A stretch of DNA of 64,000 bases from Eledone cirrhosa (taxonomy: Eukaryota). The notes under the pieces were generated by a model. It was not told the DNA's origin, ran no database searches, and was given only the letters and a program-made list of their open reading frames with translations. Positions within the stretch are counted from its first letter, which is position 1. Each line of letters opens with the position of its first letter. The stretch covers positions 115,382,001 to 115,446,000 of the forward strand of contig OZ024741.1 of assembly GCA_964016885.1 (NCBI GenBank), read 5' to 3'. Positions 39,591 through 53,400 of the stretch are shown one piece after another. Made by a program: the position numbers and the translations under genes.

Positions 39591-40576
39591 TTTCTGGGAG
39601 CATAAATCAGTGAAATGTCTGCGTTTGGCTAACAGCATTGGATGAGAGTTTGATAGTGCCCTATAGACACAATGGAATTATTTAAATTGGACATAAATCA
39701 TATATAGATTCCTGTTTTCTACGCGTATTTCAAGGTTTTCCTATGAATGTCTTTTAATTTGATTTTTGTTCAGTGTTCTGTAAAAATTAATTTTCCTTTA
39801 TTTTATTATTTCGTATAATTTTATGTAATTTGATAGCACAATATGGAGATTTTATTCAAAGAAAGTCTTAAACATTTGTCAGACACAGAATAGAACAATT
39901 GTTCTACGTTAGGTCGCAACATTGGGGCCATCAAAAACAAATTGAAAGAAAGAATAGTCAATCATATCATATAATATATTATATCTTATATTGAACAGTT
40001 GTTCATATTCGGTGAAGCTGGAAGACGTTTCTGGCCTACAACAATGTACGATATTTACTGTGTGTGTGTCTAGTTAAATAAAATAAATAATAAATAATTC
40101 ACCACCGCAAAGCAGCATTGTGGGAATGTTCAAAGTGGCGGATAGGGTCGTTTGGCGATATGACCTGTAAATCAATTTGGCGTGGGTGAATGTGGACTGT
40201 GTTGTGGAAAATACAGGCCTAGTAATTTTCTCCGTGTAGTCAAAGTAATAAGTATAAAAAAAATAGATTGGTCAACTTACGAGAATGGGGTATATGAATA
40301 AGAGAAGCAGGCATACGTACTAAGGGTAGCCTAGAGTACTAAAAACTCAGGCTCCGACTGTGCCTAAAATCAGTTAGTAACAAGACGGAAAAATACCCGG
40401 CACTCCACACAACAGGAGAATCCCGCATCCATTATGTAATCACATATATATAAATGCAGATCAGAATTTCAATAGACCATTAGCACACGCGAAAAAATTG
40501 CGCAAAAGTAGTGCCTAAATAATTTTATTAAAACTCTATACTGTGGATATCTTTACCAAACTATTCATACTCCCCC

Positions 40577-40677
<101 letters not shown>

Positions 40678-41076
40678 AATCGGTTATAATATTCACGGTT
40701 ATTTCAAACCTTTGGAAAATATGGGGCAGCGACTAAGAACTAATAAAATTAATTCCTGAAAAGGTTTGCGACAATAAAGGAAAAACGGACGAATGACAGG
40801 ACTGTCCCCTTCGCATCAGTCGACCTCAGGATGTCCTTGAATATTTGTTCTTCTCTGTGTTACCTTTTATTTTTGGTCTTATTCCGATTAATCTAAATAC
40901 CCATTGAGGAGGTCTCGGATTGTGTGGCGAAAGAACTTTTACGAAATAATTAATAATTAATAATAATAAATCTGAAGAGCAAGTTCAATTATGCATGTGT
41001 TTTTAATGGCAACATTGGCAAAATGACCCCCCTCAAAGCTAACAAAATATGCATGTATATACGTGATGATTCAAGG

Positions 41077-41138
<62 letters not shown>

Positions 41139-41308
41139 ATGACGATAGATATCGTGATTTCTTCATCTTCAGACAGCAAAAAAGTATTAAAAGTTAACAT
41201 TTCCCAGGCAATTTTTCTGTGTGAAGAAATCACGATATATATCGACATGGAAATGTGTATAACGGCTCAATTAATAAAGAACTTTAAAATATTCAGCTTC
41301 GCATTTTC

Positions 41309-41344
<36 letters not shown>

Positions 41345-42027
41345 ATATATATATATGGTTGCGTATATGTGTGACAAAATTCACACACAAATACTTTGCG
41401 AAAACGCTCACAATATATGTGTTGAGACAGCGATTATAGTTGACATCACTTGACCCTAAACCCAAATTCTTCTTCAACTTTATTTCGAGTAATGCATAGA
41501 CTATTTATATCACAAATAGAATGTCACAACCCATTTTAAACTACGTTTGCTGAAATTTATTAAGCATAACTATCCATCTACAATTATTTAACAGAAATGT
41601 TTTTATTCACACATTTTCTATATAGAGCTTAACATTTTCACATGACATTTGCAAAACAATTCCTATATATATCACCTTACCTACATCTGTTTCTACGTAA
41701 TATTTTCTATAAAACATCAAATTATTATCAAATAAGTTACATAATTTTTTTTAATGATATTCATAATTTTGTATTTCTTAATTTTTTCAAGCCCGTATGT
41801 GAAAAAAATCAATTACAGCCGAGATAATTTCATGATGTTCATTATACGATGTTTATCAAAAAGCTTCATTTACCAGGCATGCGAACAAGAAACGTCGCGT
41901 AGTCATTTACCGGAAGAATCAAATATTTCTTACGCTGAAACATATTTAGCACGTGCTTTATACACACAATCATATATACGTATATACATTTATATATATG
42001 TATATACATGTGTATATATATATATAT

Positions 42028-42113
<86 letters not shown>

Positions 42114-42119
<6 letters not shown>

Positions 42120-43258
42120 ATACTTTGGGAGGGTCATGTTGCCAATAAGAAACACACGCACCAGTTGCCTTCACTTCAATTTATTATATATTTATAAATT
42201 TACAAATTTACAAATTTACAAACTTATAAATTTCTGGTTGGTTGGTTCCACAACCAGATAGTTGTTTATATATATAGTCATAGTCCTTTCGTCACACACT
42301 CTGTGACCTCTTCAGTGACTGGGGATTCCTTTCTTCGTTTCTGTGCCTTTCCTTTCTTCTATCCTACGCCATTTTGTTTCTGTGTGTGTGTTGTGTGCTC
42401 AGTTTGCGCATGCGCCACATCCGGGTGTCTGTGTATGTTTGTGTTCATTTTTCTATTTTTCTATTTATATTTTTCTATTTGTTTATTTATTTATTTATTT
42501 ATTGTTGGTTGGTTGTTTGTTCTATGTGTGTGTGTGTGTTTTCATTTTGTCCTGTGTGTGTTTTCATTTTGTGTGTGTTTTCAATTGTAAGTTGTTTGTT
42601 CTATGTGTGTGTGTGTTTTCATTTTGTCCTTAGTTGTAAGTTGTGATGTTGCTGTTCCACTCATATTTTCTATTTAATTTTGGTTTTAATTCTTTTATGC
42701 TTACTGCTTCTGTAATTTGCCTAAACATTGCGTCTTTTCTGTGTGTGGATTCTATTTTTATTTCTATGCTCTCTAATCTACCCCTGTGTTCTATCTTAGC
42801 ATGTTGGTAGAGCACAGATGATTCTTTATTATCTTGGAGGTCTCGCCAGTGTTCATTTATTCATTCCCCTATACTACGAGCTGTCTCACCTATGTACACT
42901 ATATTTTTGTTTCTACATTGTCCTTCAGTACATCTTATGTTATACACTACATTTCTAGTTTTACAGTTAATATGGGGGCTTATTTTACAGGTTATACATT
43001 TCTTATCTATACATGAGGGTCTTTGGAACGGGTATGTCTTGCTAATAAGTGTTTTTACGGAGGTACCAGGTCTTTCTACTATCTTAATATTGAGATTATG
43101 TTTATTTAGGGCCCTTCTAAATTTGTAGGCTAGTTCGCCTCTAGGGGTTGTATTGATGAACATTACACTCTGGTATTTATTGCTATCATACCATGAGTTT
43201 ATTCTATTGGCCTTGGCCTTGGCCTTGTTCCTAGTTCTTTCTATTCTATAGAATAGCT
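42114..43258 (-). pseudogene. 5'-truncated PLE family B copy (linker + GIY-YIG + pLTR)
   Basis: SVMFINTTPRGELA..KIVERPG..CIDKKCITC..CKTRNVVYNIRC..C..VYIGETARSIGE*..EH..RQITEAV..LNRKYEW. Confidence 0.88.
42276..42320 (-). ncRNA. Minimal type I hammerhead, intact core (family B pLTR)
   Basis: agtca CTGAAGA g gtcaca-gagtg-tgtgac GAAA ggac TA tgact. Confidence 0.8.
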
Positions 43259-43459
43259 TTCGCGGGATGAACATTTAACTCCGAGGCACTCAATTAAGCT
43301 AAACTTCTGGTAATCTACGACGAATTTTTTTATACGCACAAAATGTAGACACCATCCCCCAGGCAGAGGAATTCCGTACTTCCCTGTACTGTTTCAGAAA
43401 GGAGGGATAAACATGCCAATCTATGATTAGAAGCTCGAGCAATGCCGGGCCATTCTGCT

Positions 43460-43538
<79 letters not shown>

Positions 43539-43685
43539 ATGTATATATATATATATATTTTTTAAGCTTCATATCATGTCTCCCTATTTTATCTGATGAG
43601 AACGCAGATATCATCCCATGATGATATTTGTTTTTGAAATGCGCATAATAAAATACTTGGAACTCTTTTAACCATCTTTTGACCT

Positions 43686-43757
<72 letters not shown>

Positions 43758-44051
43758 GTTTGTATATGTATAATAAAGCCAAAACAATGCAGGTATGGAC
43801 ATAGAATAAAGAATGCAAATGCAAAAGATATTGTTGACAATTAGTCTTTTACCTTAGATTTATTTAAATGTCCTTAATTTTCGAGATAATATCTCTTCTT
43901 CGGAGGTAAAGCGGTTAAACCAGTGTTCTAAATAACTTGCCAAGTCATGCTGACAGGAAATGGTATAGAGTATCTGTTCTATCTCTAATATCAAAGAGTT
44001 AAGGTTAGGTGGATAAAGAGTAGTCTCCCTTTTAAACTAAATAGATAAGCC

Positions 44052-45255
44052 TTTAGCCTCGACGTTGTCTCCCTCTACACTACAGTCCCCGCTCATCCAG
44101 CTGTCGATTTATTGACGGACTGCGTGGTTGCAGAGGACATCCACTGCTACGGCCTCCATCCGACGGACATACACCAGCTTTTGTCCTTCACAGTGGACAA
44201 CACGTACTTCACCTTCCACCACCACACATACAGACAGAAAACCGGATTATCCATGGATCCAGCCTATCAGGCCTGCTGGGCATCACCTATATGAACCAGC
44301 TAGAATGCCGAGTCCTCAACACCTGCTATTCCCATACCTTCTTCACCCGATATGTAGATGACATACTCATCCTTACATCATCCCATGAGGAGGCGGATAA
44401 AATATACACAACATTCTACAGCATGGACGCCAGTATAAAGTTCAGCATGGAACACCCCGATGACCACGGATCCCTATCCCTACTGGACTTCCAACTCAGC
44501 GTAACAGAGGAAGGCAACATCCACACCTGCTTCTATAAAAAAGCCGCCAGCAGGGACCTGTTCGTACATTTCAGATCGGCCCTCCCAGCCGGCGCTAAGT
44601 TCGGATACATAAGGAACGAACTACACGTATTCAACAAATGCACCGACGCTAGAGACCGAGACACACACACCACACATTTCCTGGAAGTACTCAAACTGAA
44701 CGGATACACGCATACACCACAAACCGTGCCAGAAAGAACAGAGGACACCACGCCCGAGGCACTAACACTTGCTTCCTGAAGCTCCCGCACTTCAGTGACG
44801 AAACAACAACAGCCATCCGCAGAGCTATCAGACGAGAGGGACTAGATATCCAACTAGCCCACTCAGGTCCTTCTCTACGCGGACAGCTAATCAAGAGACA
44901 CTCCACCAGACATGACAACCGCTGCAGGCTAGCCAACTGCCCCATCAACGACACAGACCTATGCCACCAGCCTTACGTCGTATACAGACTAGAGTGCGAC
45001 AAATGCAGCAACTTCTACGTAGGTAGCACCACCAGACCACTCCACATAAGAATAAAAGAACATCTCAATACTAACACTTCCTCATTTAAGAAACACCTAG
45101 TGAAATGCAAAAACATCGACAAAACCATAACAGTTAGGATAGAAACTAAGGAAAGAAACCTCGGCAATCTTAGAATTAAGGAAGCACTAATTATAGACCA
45201 AACACAACCACCAATCAATAATAGACTAGAACTCAACACCCAATTCATAACTTGA
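44052..45255 (+). pseudogene. Frameshifted PLE RT + GIY-YIG (Penelope/Poseidon- or Nematis-like)
   Basis: FSLDVVSLYTTVP, RQKTGLSM, FTRYVDDIL, SLLDFQL, FYKK, CPI....CHQPYVVYRLECDKCSNFYVGSTTRPLHIRIKEHL..EAL..PPIN. Confidence 0.88.
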
Positions 45256-45670
45256 TAGAGCATCTAGCCCCATATTTACACCCCCTCCCACACACACTCA
45301 CACACGCACGCACACACACACACGCACGCCCGGCCGCGCGCGCGCACGGGCGCTTACACCTCCACTTATTCTCTCTCACACACACACATACACAGACAAA
45401 GACCAGTCCTAACACAAGATAACATCTATACCCCACATTTACGTATAGACATATCTTCTCACACTCACACACACACATACTTACACCTTCACACATTCTC
45501 CCACACACTTAAACAGGCATGTACCAAAAAAAACAACCTTTTAAAGGGAGACTACTCTTTATCCACCTAACCTTAACTCTTTGATATTAGAGATAGAACA
45601 GATACTCTATACTATTTCCTGTCAGCATGACTTGGCAAGCTATTTAGAACACTGGTTTAACCGCTTTACT

Positions 45671-45708
45671 TCCCTCCGAAGAAGAGATATTATCTCGAAA
45701 ATTAAGGA
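45671..45708 (+). ncRNA. Minimal hammerhead candidate with CCGAAGA core (mirror copy 43871-43906, minus)
   Basis: tccct CCGAAGA a gagat-att-atctc GAAA at TA agga. Confidence 0.55.
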
Positions 45709-45866
45709 CATTTAAATAAATCTGAGGTAAAAGACTAATTGTCAACAATATCTTTTGCGTTTTCATTCTTTATTCTATGTCCATACCTGCATTGTTTTGG
45801 CTTTATTATACATATACAAACGTTTATACCTCATTACACAATGCTTCAAGTGAACTATAACTTCCT

Positions 45867-45944
<78 letters not shown>

Positions 45945-46063
45945 TATATATATGTATGTATGTATATATGAATTTATGTATATATACATACATATGTATA
46001 TATATGTATGTATTCATATATATATGTATATATGTATATATATATATATATATGTATATATAT

Positions 46064-46683
46064 GTCAGGTCACCAGTTGGTGCTACTGGTAACATATATC
46101 CCAGTACAACCAGTCTCATGGTCGGGTCGTTGGTGACTAAACTGGCAACTCCACCAAGGTTTCTTGGTGAGCGGGGTGACTTTGGACATCCTGCAGGACT
46201 AAAAACAAAACCTGTCAAAGGGCAAAGAGCTCTGAAGAGTCAATGGCCATCCAAAATCACCGGGAGAGATTACCCCTTGGCTTTTGTCAAGGCAGAATTC
46301 TAGGAGAAGGAAAACTCTGATATAACACCTGCAACCCTGATGGTATCCAATGATGTTGACTTGTTCTTCTTTTTGGTAAATATCATTTGGTTAAGAGAGT
46401 GGAACTGGCTTTGTGCAGTGCCTTTGCTCACTATAAAAGCTTCACGGCACAGGCATTGCTTTATATCTGGAGATCTAGCTGCACTTGTCGTCACATGTTA
46501 CCATGAGCCCAGCACTATGTGTCAATAATTGTCACAAGTGTAGTGTTTGTACCAGAGTTTTCAAGTCGCTGGCTGGACTAAAATGTCACACTCGTTCAGC
46601 GCATCGGTAGGGGTTCTCCTACATGAATATAAAGTCGTGCCCGTACTCGAAAACGAGTTGGCAGCCGCCACCATATATATATG

Positions 46684-46779
<96 letters not shown>

Positions 46780-46784
46780 GTATG

Positions 46785-46815
<31 letters not shown>

Positions 46816-47090
46816 GTATGTATATATATATATATGTATATATGTATGTATGTATATATGTATATATGTATATATTGCTTTGTATCTGGAGATCTCTCTG
46901 CACTTGTCGTCACATGGTACCATGGGCCCAGCACTATGTGTCAATAGTTGTCACAAGTGTAGTGTTTGTACCAGAGTTTTCAAGTCGCCGGCTGGACTAA
47001 AAAGTCACAGTCGTTCAGCGCATCGGTAGGGGTTCTCCTACATGGATATAAAGTAGTGGCCGTACTCGAAAACGAGTTCGCAGCCACCAT
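46064..47090 (+). mobile_element. RTE-derived short retroelement S2 (46064-46673) followed by a second 3' fragment (46875-47090)
   Basis: Homologous to 35961-36564. [25 protein letters not shown] remnant. Confidence 0.72.
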
Positions 47091-47178
47091 GTATGTATAT
47101 ATATATATGTATATATATATGTATCTATATATGTATCTATGTATGTATATATTATACATGTATATATATTTATATATG

Positions 47179-47234
<56 letters not shown>

Positions 47235-47326
47235 TGTGTGTATGTATATACATATATATATATGTATATATATATGTGTGTATGTATATACTTATATATA
47301 TATATGTATATATATATGTGTATGTA

Positions 47327-47365
<39 letters not shown>

Positions 47366-47380
47366 CTATATATGTGTATA

Positions 47381-47423
<43 letters not shown>

Positions 47424-47429
<6 letters not shown>

Positions 47430-47898
47430 CGTCCCTTCACGCACAAGGCGCCAAGGTACGCATGTATTGTCCAACCAAGTGCCAATGTGGTTCAATGGCG
47501 GGTTAATAAATTAACGAGCCAGAACAAATATAAACAAGGTTTAGTAAATAATGAAAAAGTTTCAAAATAAATTTTAAAAAATTGACTTTACCTACTTTAC
47601 CGATCGGTTTCGAATCCCAAAAATAAAACGGAGACCATACGGCCTTCGTTGCAAAGAAAGATTCTCGTCAGAAGGTTCTTTTCATTCAAAGAATATAAAA
47701 TTCCTGAAATCACAAACTAGCGCTATCAAAAACTGTTCCTGGGATGAGAGTGGATGATGTAGAACAGGTTTATCAAGGGCCGTAGCAAAGATCGACTGCT
47801 GCTAGCAATAGCGGTGGCTAGTTTGACCTACCTCCTTTTGCCTCTATCTTTGCTACGGCCCTTGATAAACCTGTTTTTTCATTATTTGCTAAACCTTG

Positions 47899-47903
<5 letters not shown>
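47424..47903 (-). mobile_element. Non-coding pLTR/retrozyme-like unit with inverted segments, inserted in (AT)n
   Basis: HHR at 47594-47676. 47847-47876 inverts 47763-47792, and 47875-47902 inverts 47532-47558. Confidence 0.7.
47594..47676 (-). ncRNA. Type I hammerhead, GUA cleavage site
   Basis: cctt CTGACGA gaatc...aacgaaggcc-gtat-ggtctccgtt...gattc GAAA ccgatcgg TA aag. Palindromic ACCGATCGGT stem III. Confidence 0.78.
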
Positions 47904-47930
<27 letters not shown>

Positions 47931-47935
<5 letters not shown>

Positions 47936-48451
47936 GGAAAAAATGAAACGATATTTCATTTCCCACTCTTAGTACGGCTGTTACTTAAATATAAGTATGT
48001 ACACGTACATACATATATGTATACCGACGTACAGTAGTATGTATATATATATATACATACATGCACACATATATATGCACGTATGGATTCACCGAACATT
48101 TATTATAATGCTCGGTGTGTTTGTAAACAAACATCCCGTATTAAGCCGTAGTGTCTAGCAACCACCGTTGCTCGTTTGTTCAACACTGACAAAGGAACGC
48201 TGTACTAGTTTCAAGCTTGTTAGCTATCGTCAGCAACGTATACCTTCCTGCCAGATTGTTGAACGTATATACTTACCTTATGCATATTAACGGCTGAGTA
48301 GCCCAATTTGCATATCGAGTGGGTTAATCGGCCGGGTGCACCGAAAACGATAAACGGAAAAAATGAAACGATATTTCATTTCCCACTCTTAGTACGGCTG
48401 TTACTTAAATATAAGTATGTACACGTACATACATATATGTATACCGACGTA
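47931..48451 (-). mobile_element. Retrozyme-like family R1, 420-nt unit with ~100-nt terminal redundancy
   Basis: taaacggaaaaaatgaaacgatatttc... is identical at 47931 and 48351. Confidence 0.85.
48197..48239 (-). ncRNA. Minimal type I hammerhead, intact core (R1)
   Basis: acgttg CTGACGA tagct-aaca-agctt GAAA ctag TA cagcgt. Confidence 0.85.
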
Positions 48452-48700
48452 TTATATATATATAAATACACACAAACATAGATACACACAGATATATATA
48501 TACATATAGTAGTACAATTGAGTTGTATTTGCATTTATGCAACACAAGTCGAACAAATTTGAGTGAGTCCCTATACACACGACTTTATCTCCATATATAT
48601 CTACATATATCTATTAATTTGAATTATTGACAAATGTCCATAGATCTTTTCTATTGAGAAGCACAAATATTAGACATATTGATATGTTTAGATACCTTAA

Positions 48701-48765
<65 letters not shown>

Positions 48766-50439
48766 CACACACAAACATATATATATATAGGTAGTTGCAC
48801 TAAGATAGCCTTAAGCATAATAGGTGTGGACATTAAAGCATTTGCAATATGTTTATGTATAGAAAATCAGCTGGCTGGCATTCTCAACGACGACTGAGAT
48901 ACCTATGATATGTTACACAGAGCGCAAAAGAGAGAACAATAATTGTTTCATAACGAAAACCATGTTTTTTTCTGTGATAGCGAGCCTCTCATATATTAAT
49001 CTATGGAAGAGACTATGTCGCCGGTCCCGGTAAAATAGATTCCCAGGCTATTTAGCGGGTAAGAGTGTCAAATAGCGTGAGTAGCGGTCCGAGTTATGAC
49101 AATTGTTAAGACTATTTGAAATCTTTTCCACCAAGTCGGTTTCATCCGTGCTGTGTGTCTTGTGTGTACACAGGAGTAGGTGTGTAAATGGATCAGTCCC
49201 TAGGGGTGGAGGCTTATATGTTTTGCTTATATATTTTTTTAGTTTGGGTATATAGAATAATTGGAGGAAAGTGGATCTATAGCCGAGAAGTCATTGACTG
49301 GAGAAATTTATGAGGAAATATGAAAATGAAAAGAATTGAATTAGGTAAAATTACTGGGATTTGACATATGATATTACATGGCGAGGGTGTGTTGAAAACA
49401 ATTTGATTTAAACTAAATTAATTGTACTGCTGTAGGACTCCGTATTTAAAAATTATACACACATGAACGTACTCTTTACACACATATGCAAACAAACACA
49501 CACATATATATAGTTGAAAAAGAAGGTAAAGTTCGATAAAAAACCGAAGATTATAAATAAAAAGTAAAAATAGAAAAGCACATGGGTATGTTTAAAATTT
49601 TTCTTTATTTAATCTGACAGAATATCTTTAAAATTGTTACATTAAATGGATTTAAGTTTGGTTAAACATTACCGGTTTCGATTAGTGTGTTAATCTTATT
49701 TTAAACGTTTGTTCTCATATTATGTTGGCCGTCAGAGCATGAAGATTTTCTCACAAAATCTCTTCTTAAATATAATTCTTATGAAGGTGGCGTGATGATG
49801 GAAGTGGGGTTCAACTAATTCACTACCAAATTTTCTTGATTTAAAAGGAAAGTTCCTTTTTTTTTTCAGAATAAAGGTTCACATGGTATTTTGTTCTGCA
49901 GTGTGTGTGTGTCTTCTTCTTTTTCTTCTTCTTCTTCTTCTTCTTTATTCGCCCACTTATTTCTGAGAGGGTGCGGGCGGGGTGGGGGTGGCAGAGTCCT
50001 CAAACACTCCTTCCAGCGGATCCTATCAGAATCATCCGTCTACACCCGATCCGGCTGGATCCCCAAACGTTACGAGCCAGACACTTGGATGTTATCCAAA
50101 CATCTGACAGTTCGGTTGGCCCGTAAAATCTGTCCAGCTATTCTTTCCTGAGACATTTTAACCAGCTACCCATAATATGTAGTTGTGACCTCTCAATTCT
50201 GAGAAGTAGCGGCTCTACCTGGTGTTATGAGATGCCATTATTCCAAGTGTTCAAGTTAGTTTCAGTGTTTGTTAGATTAGCTGAAATAGCTAAAAGTGAA
50301 TAAATTGTTTTTCTTTTGTCTTGTTATGTGTGTGTGTTTTCATGTATTTGCGTGCGTGGGGGAAGGGTTCATTGTGTTAAGAGTTCAAATTTGGTTTGAT
50401 AAAAACAAGAATAAAAGAATGCAAAAAAGTATATAATAC

Positions 50440-53400
50440 GAATATAGATATAACTCTGATTGAAAGATGTTGTTGAGGTGGGGGTTACATTTGTCATAGA
50501 ATATAGATATAACTCTGACAGAAAGATGTTCTTGAGGTGGAGGTTACATTTGTCATAGAATATAGATATAACTCTGATTGAAAGATGATATTGAGGTATG
50601 GGTTACATTTGACATAGAATATAGATATAACTCTGACAGAAAGATGATCTTGAGATGGGGGTTACATTTGTCATAGAATATAGATATAACTCTGATTGAA
50701 AGATGTTCTTGAGGTGGGGGTTACATTTGTAATAGAATATAGATATAACCCAGAATAAAAGATGTTGTATAGGTGGGGGTTACGTTTATCATAGAATATA
50801 TATATAACTCTGATTGTAACATGTTCTTAGGTAGGGGTTACATTTGTCATAGAATATATATATAACACTGATTCAAAGATTTTGTTGAGGTAGGGGTTAC
50901 ATTTGTCATAGAATATAGATATAACTCTGTTTGAAAGATGTTCTTCAGATGGGGGTTACATTTGTCATAGAATATAGATATAACTCTGATAGAAAGATGA
51001 TCTTGAGGTGGGGGTTACATTTGTCATAGAATATAGATATAACACTGATTGAAAGATGTTCTTGAGGTGGGGGTTACATTTGTCATAGAATATAGATATA
51101 ACTCTGATTGAAAGATGTTCTTGAGGTGGGGGTTACATTTGTCATAGGATATAGATATAACTCTGATTGAAAGATGTTCTTGAGGTGGGGGTTACATTTG
51201 TCATAGGATATAGATATAACTCTGATAGAAAGATGTTCGTGGGGTAGGGGTTACATTTGTCATAGAATATAGATATAACTCTGATAGAAAGATGTTCTTG
51301 AGGTGGGGTTACATTTGTCATAGAATATAGATATAACTTTGATAGAAAGATGTTCTTGAGTTGGGGTTACATTTGTCATAGAATATAGATATAACTCTGA
51401 TAGAAAGATGTTCTTGAGTTGGGGTTACATTTGTCATAGAATATAGATATAACTCTGATAGAAAGATGTTCTTGAGTTGGGGTTACATTTGTCATAGAAT
51501 ATAGATATAACTCTGATTGAAAGATGTTCTTGAGTTGGGGTTACATTTGTCATAGAATATAGATATAACTCTGATAGAAAGATGTTCTTGAGTTGCGGGT
51601 TACATTTGTCATAGAGTATAGATATAACTCTGATAGAAAGATGTCCTTGAGGTAGGGGTTACATTTGTCATAGAATATAGATATAACTCTGATAGAAAGA
51701 TGTTCTTGAGGTAGGGGTTACATTTGTCATAGAATATAGATATAACTCTGATTGAAAGATGTTCTTGGGGTTGGGGGGGTTACATTTGTCATAGAGTATA
51801 GATATAACTCTGATTGAAAGATGAGCTTGAGGTAGGGGTTACATTTGTCATAGAATATAGATATAACTCTGATAGAAAGATGTTCTTGAGTTGGGGTTAC
51901 ATTTGTCATAGAATATAGATATAACTCTGATTGAAAGATGTTCTGGAGGTGGGGTTACATTTGTCATAGAATATAGATATAACTCTGATTGAAAGATGTT
52001 CTTGAGGTGGGGGTTACATTTGTCATAGAATATAGATATAACTCTGATTGAAAGATGTTCTTGAGTTGGGGTTACATTTGTCATAGAATATAGATATAAC
52101 TCTGATAGAAAGATGTTCTTGAGTTGGGGTTACATTTGTCATAGAATATAGATATAACTCTGATAGAAAGATGTTCTTGAGTTGGGGTTACATTTGTCAT
52201 AGAATATAGATATAACTCTGATTGAAAGATGTTCTTGAGTTGGGGTTACATTTGTCATAGAATATAGATATAACTCTGATAGAAAGATGTTCTTGAGTTG
52301 CGGGTTACATTTGTCATAGAATATAGATATAACTCTGATAGAAAGATGTCCTTGAGGTAGGGGTTACATTTGTCATAGAATATAGATATAACTCTGATAG
52401 AAAGATGTTCTTGAGGTAGGGGTTACATTTGTCATAGAATATAGATATAACTCTGATTGAAAGATGTTCTTGGGGTTGGGGGGTTACATTTGTCATAGAG
52501 TATAGATATAACTCTGATTGAAAGATGAGCTTGAGGTAGGGGTTACATTTGTCATAGAATATAGATATAACTCTGATAGAAAGATGTTCTTGAGTTGGGG
52601 TTACATTTGTCATAGAATATAGATATAACTCTGATTGAAAGATGTTCTGGAGGTGGGGTTACATTTGTCATAGAATATAGATATAACTCTGATTGAAAGA
52701 TGTTCTTGAGGTGGGGGTTACATTTGTCATAGAATATAGATATAACTCTGATTGAAAGATGTTCTTGGGGTTGGGGGGGGTGGGGGTTACATTTGTCATA
52801 GAATATAGATATAACACTGATTGAAAGAAGTTCTTGAGGTGGGGTTTACATTTGTCATAGAATATAGATATAACTCTGATAGAAAGATGTTCTAGAGGTG
52901 GGGGTTACGTTTGTCATAGAATATAGACATAACTCTGATTGAAAGATATTCTTGAGGTAGGGGTTACATTTGTCATAGAATATAGATATAACTATGATAG
53001 AAAGATGTTCTTGAGTTGGGGTTACATTTGTCATAGAATATAGATATAACTCTGATTGAAAGATGTTCTTGGGGTTGGGGGGGGGGGTTTACATTTGTCA
53101 TAGAATATAGATATAACTCTGATTGAAAGATGTTCTCGAGGTGGGGGGTTACATTTGTCATAGAATATAGATATAACTCTGATTGAAAGATGTTCTTGAT
53201 GCGGGGGTTACATTTGTCATAGAATATAGATATAACTCTGATTGAAAGATGTTCTTGGGGTTGGGGGGACGGGGGGTTCATTTGTCATAGAATATAGATA
53301 TAACTCTGATTGAAAGATGTTCTTGAGTTGGGGTTACATTTGTCATAGAATATAGATATAACTCTGATTGAAAGATGTTCTTGGGGTTGGGGGGGGGGGG

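Larger units (their letters stand above)
43746..45828 (+). mobile_element. 5'-truncated PLE with inverted pLTR (43746-44035) and 3' pLTR (45538-45828)
   Basis: The two ~290-bp segments are near-identical reverse complements flanking an RT-EN remnant, the classic Penelope truncation structure. Confidence 0.9.

Noticed and set aside
42861-42863. In-frame TGA in the family B GIY-YIG domain as possible selenocysteine
   Set aside because: The homologous codon at ~26914 is Arg (CGG), so this is best explained as a CpG-decay nonsense mutation at a non-Cys position.
49891-50151. GC-richer patch before the satellite as a host exon
   Set aside because: No recognisable protein in any frame and no supported splice partner. 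It may be a DNA-transposon remnant, but I could not define TIRs.
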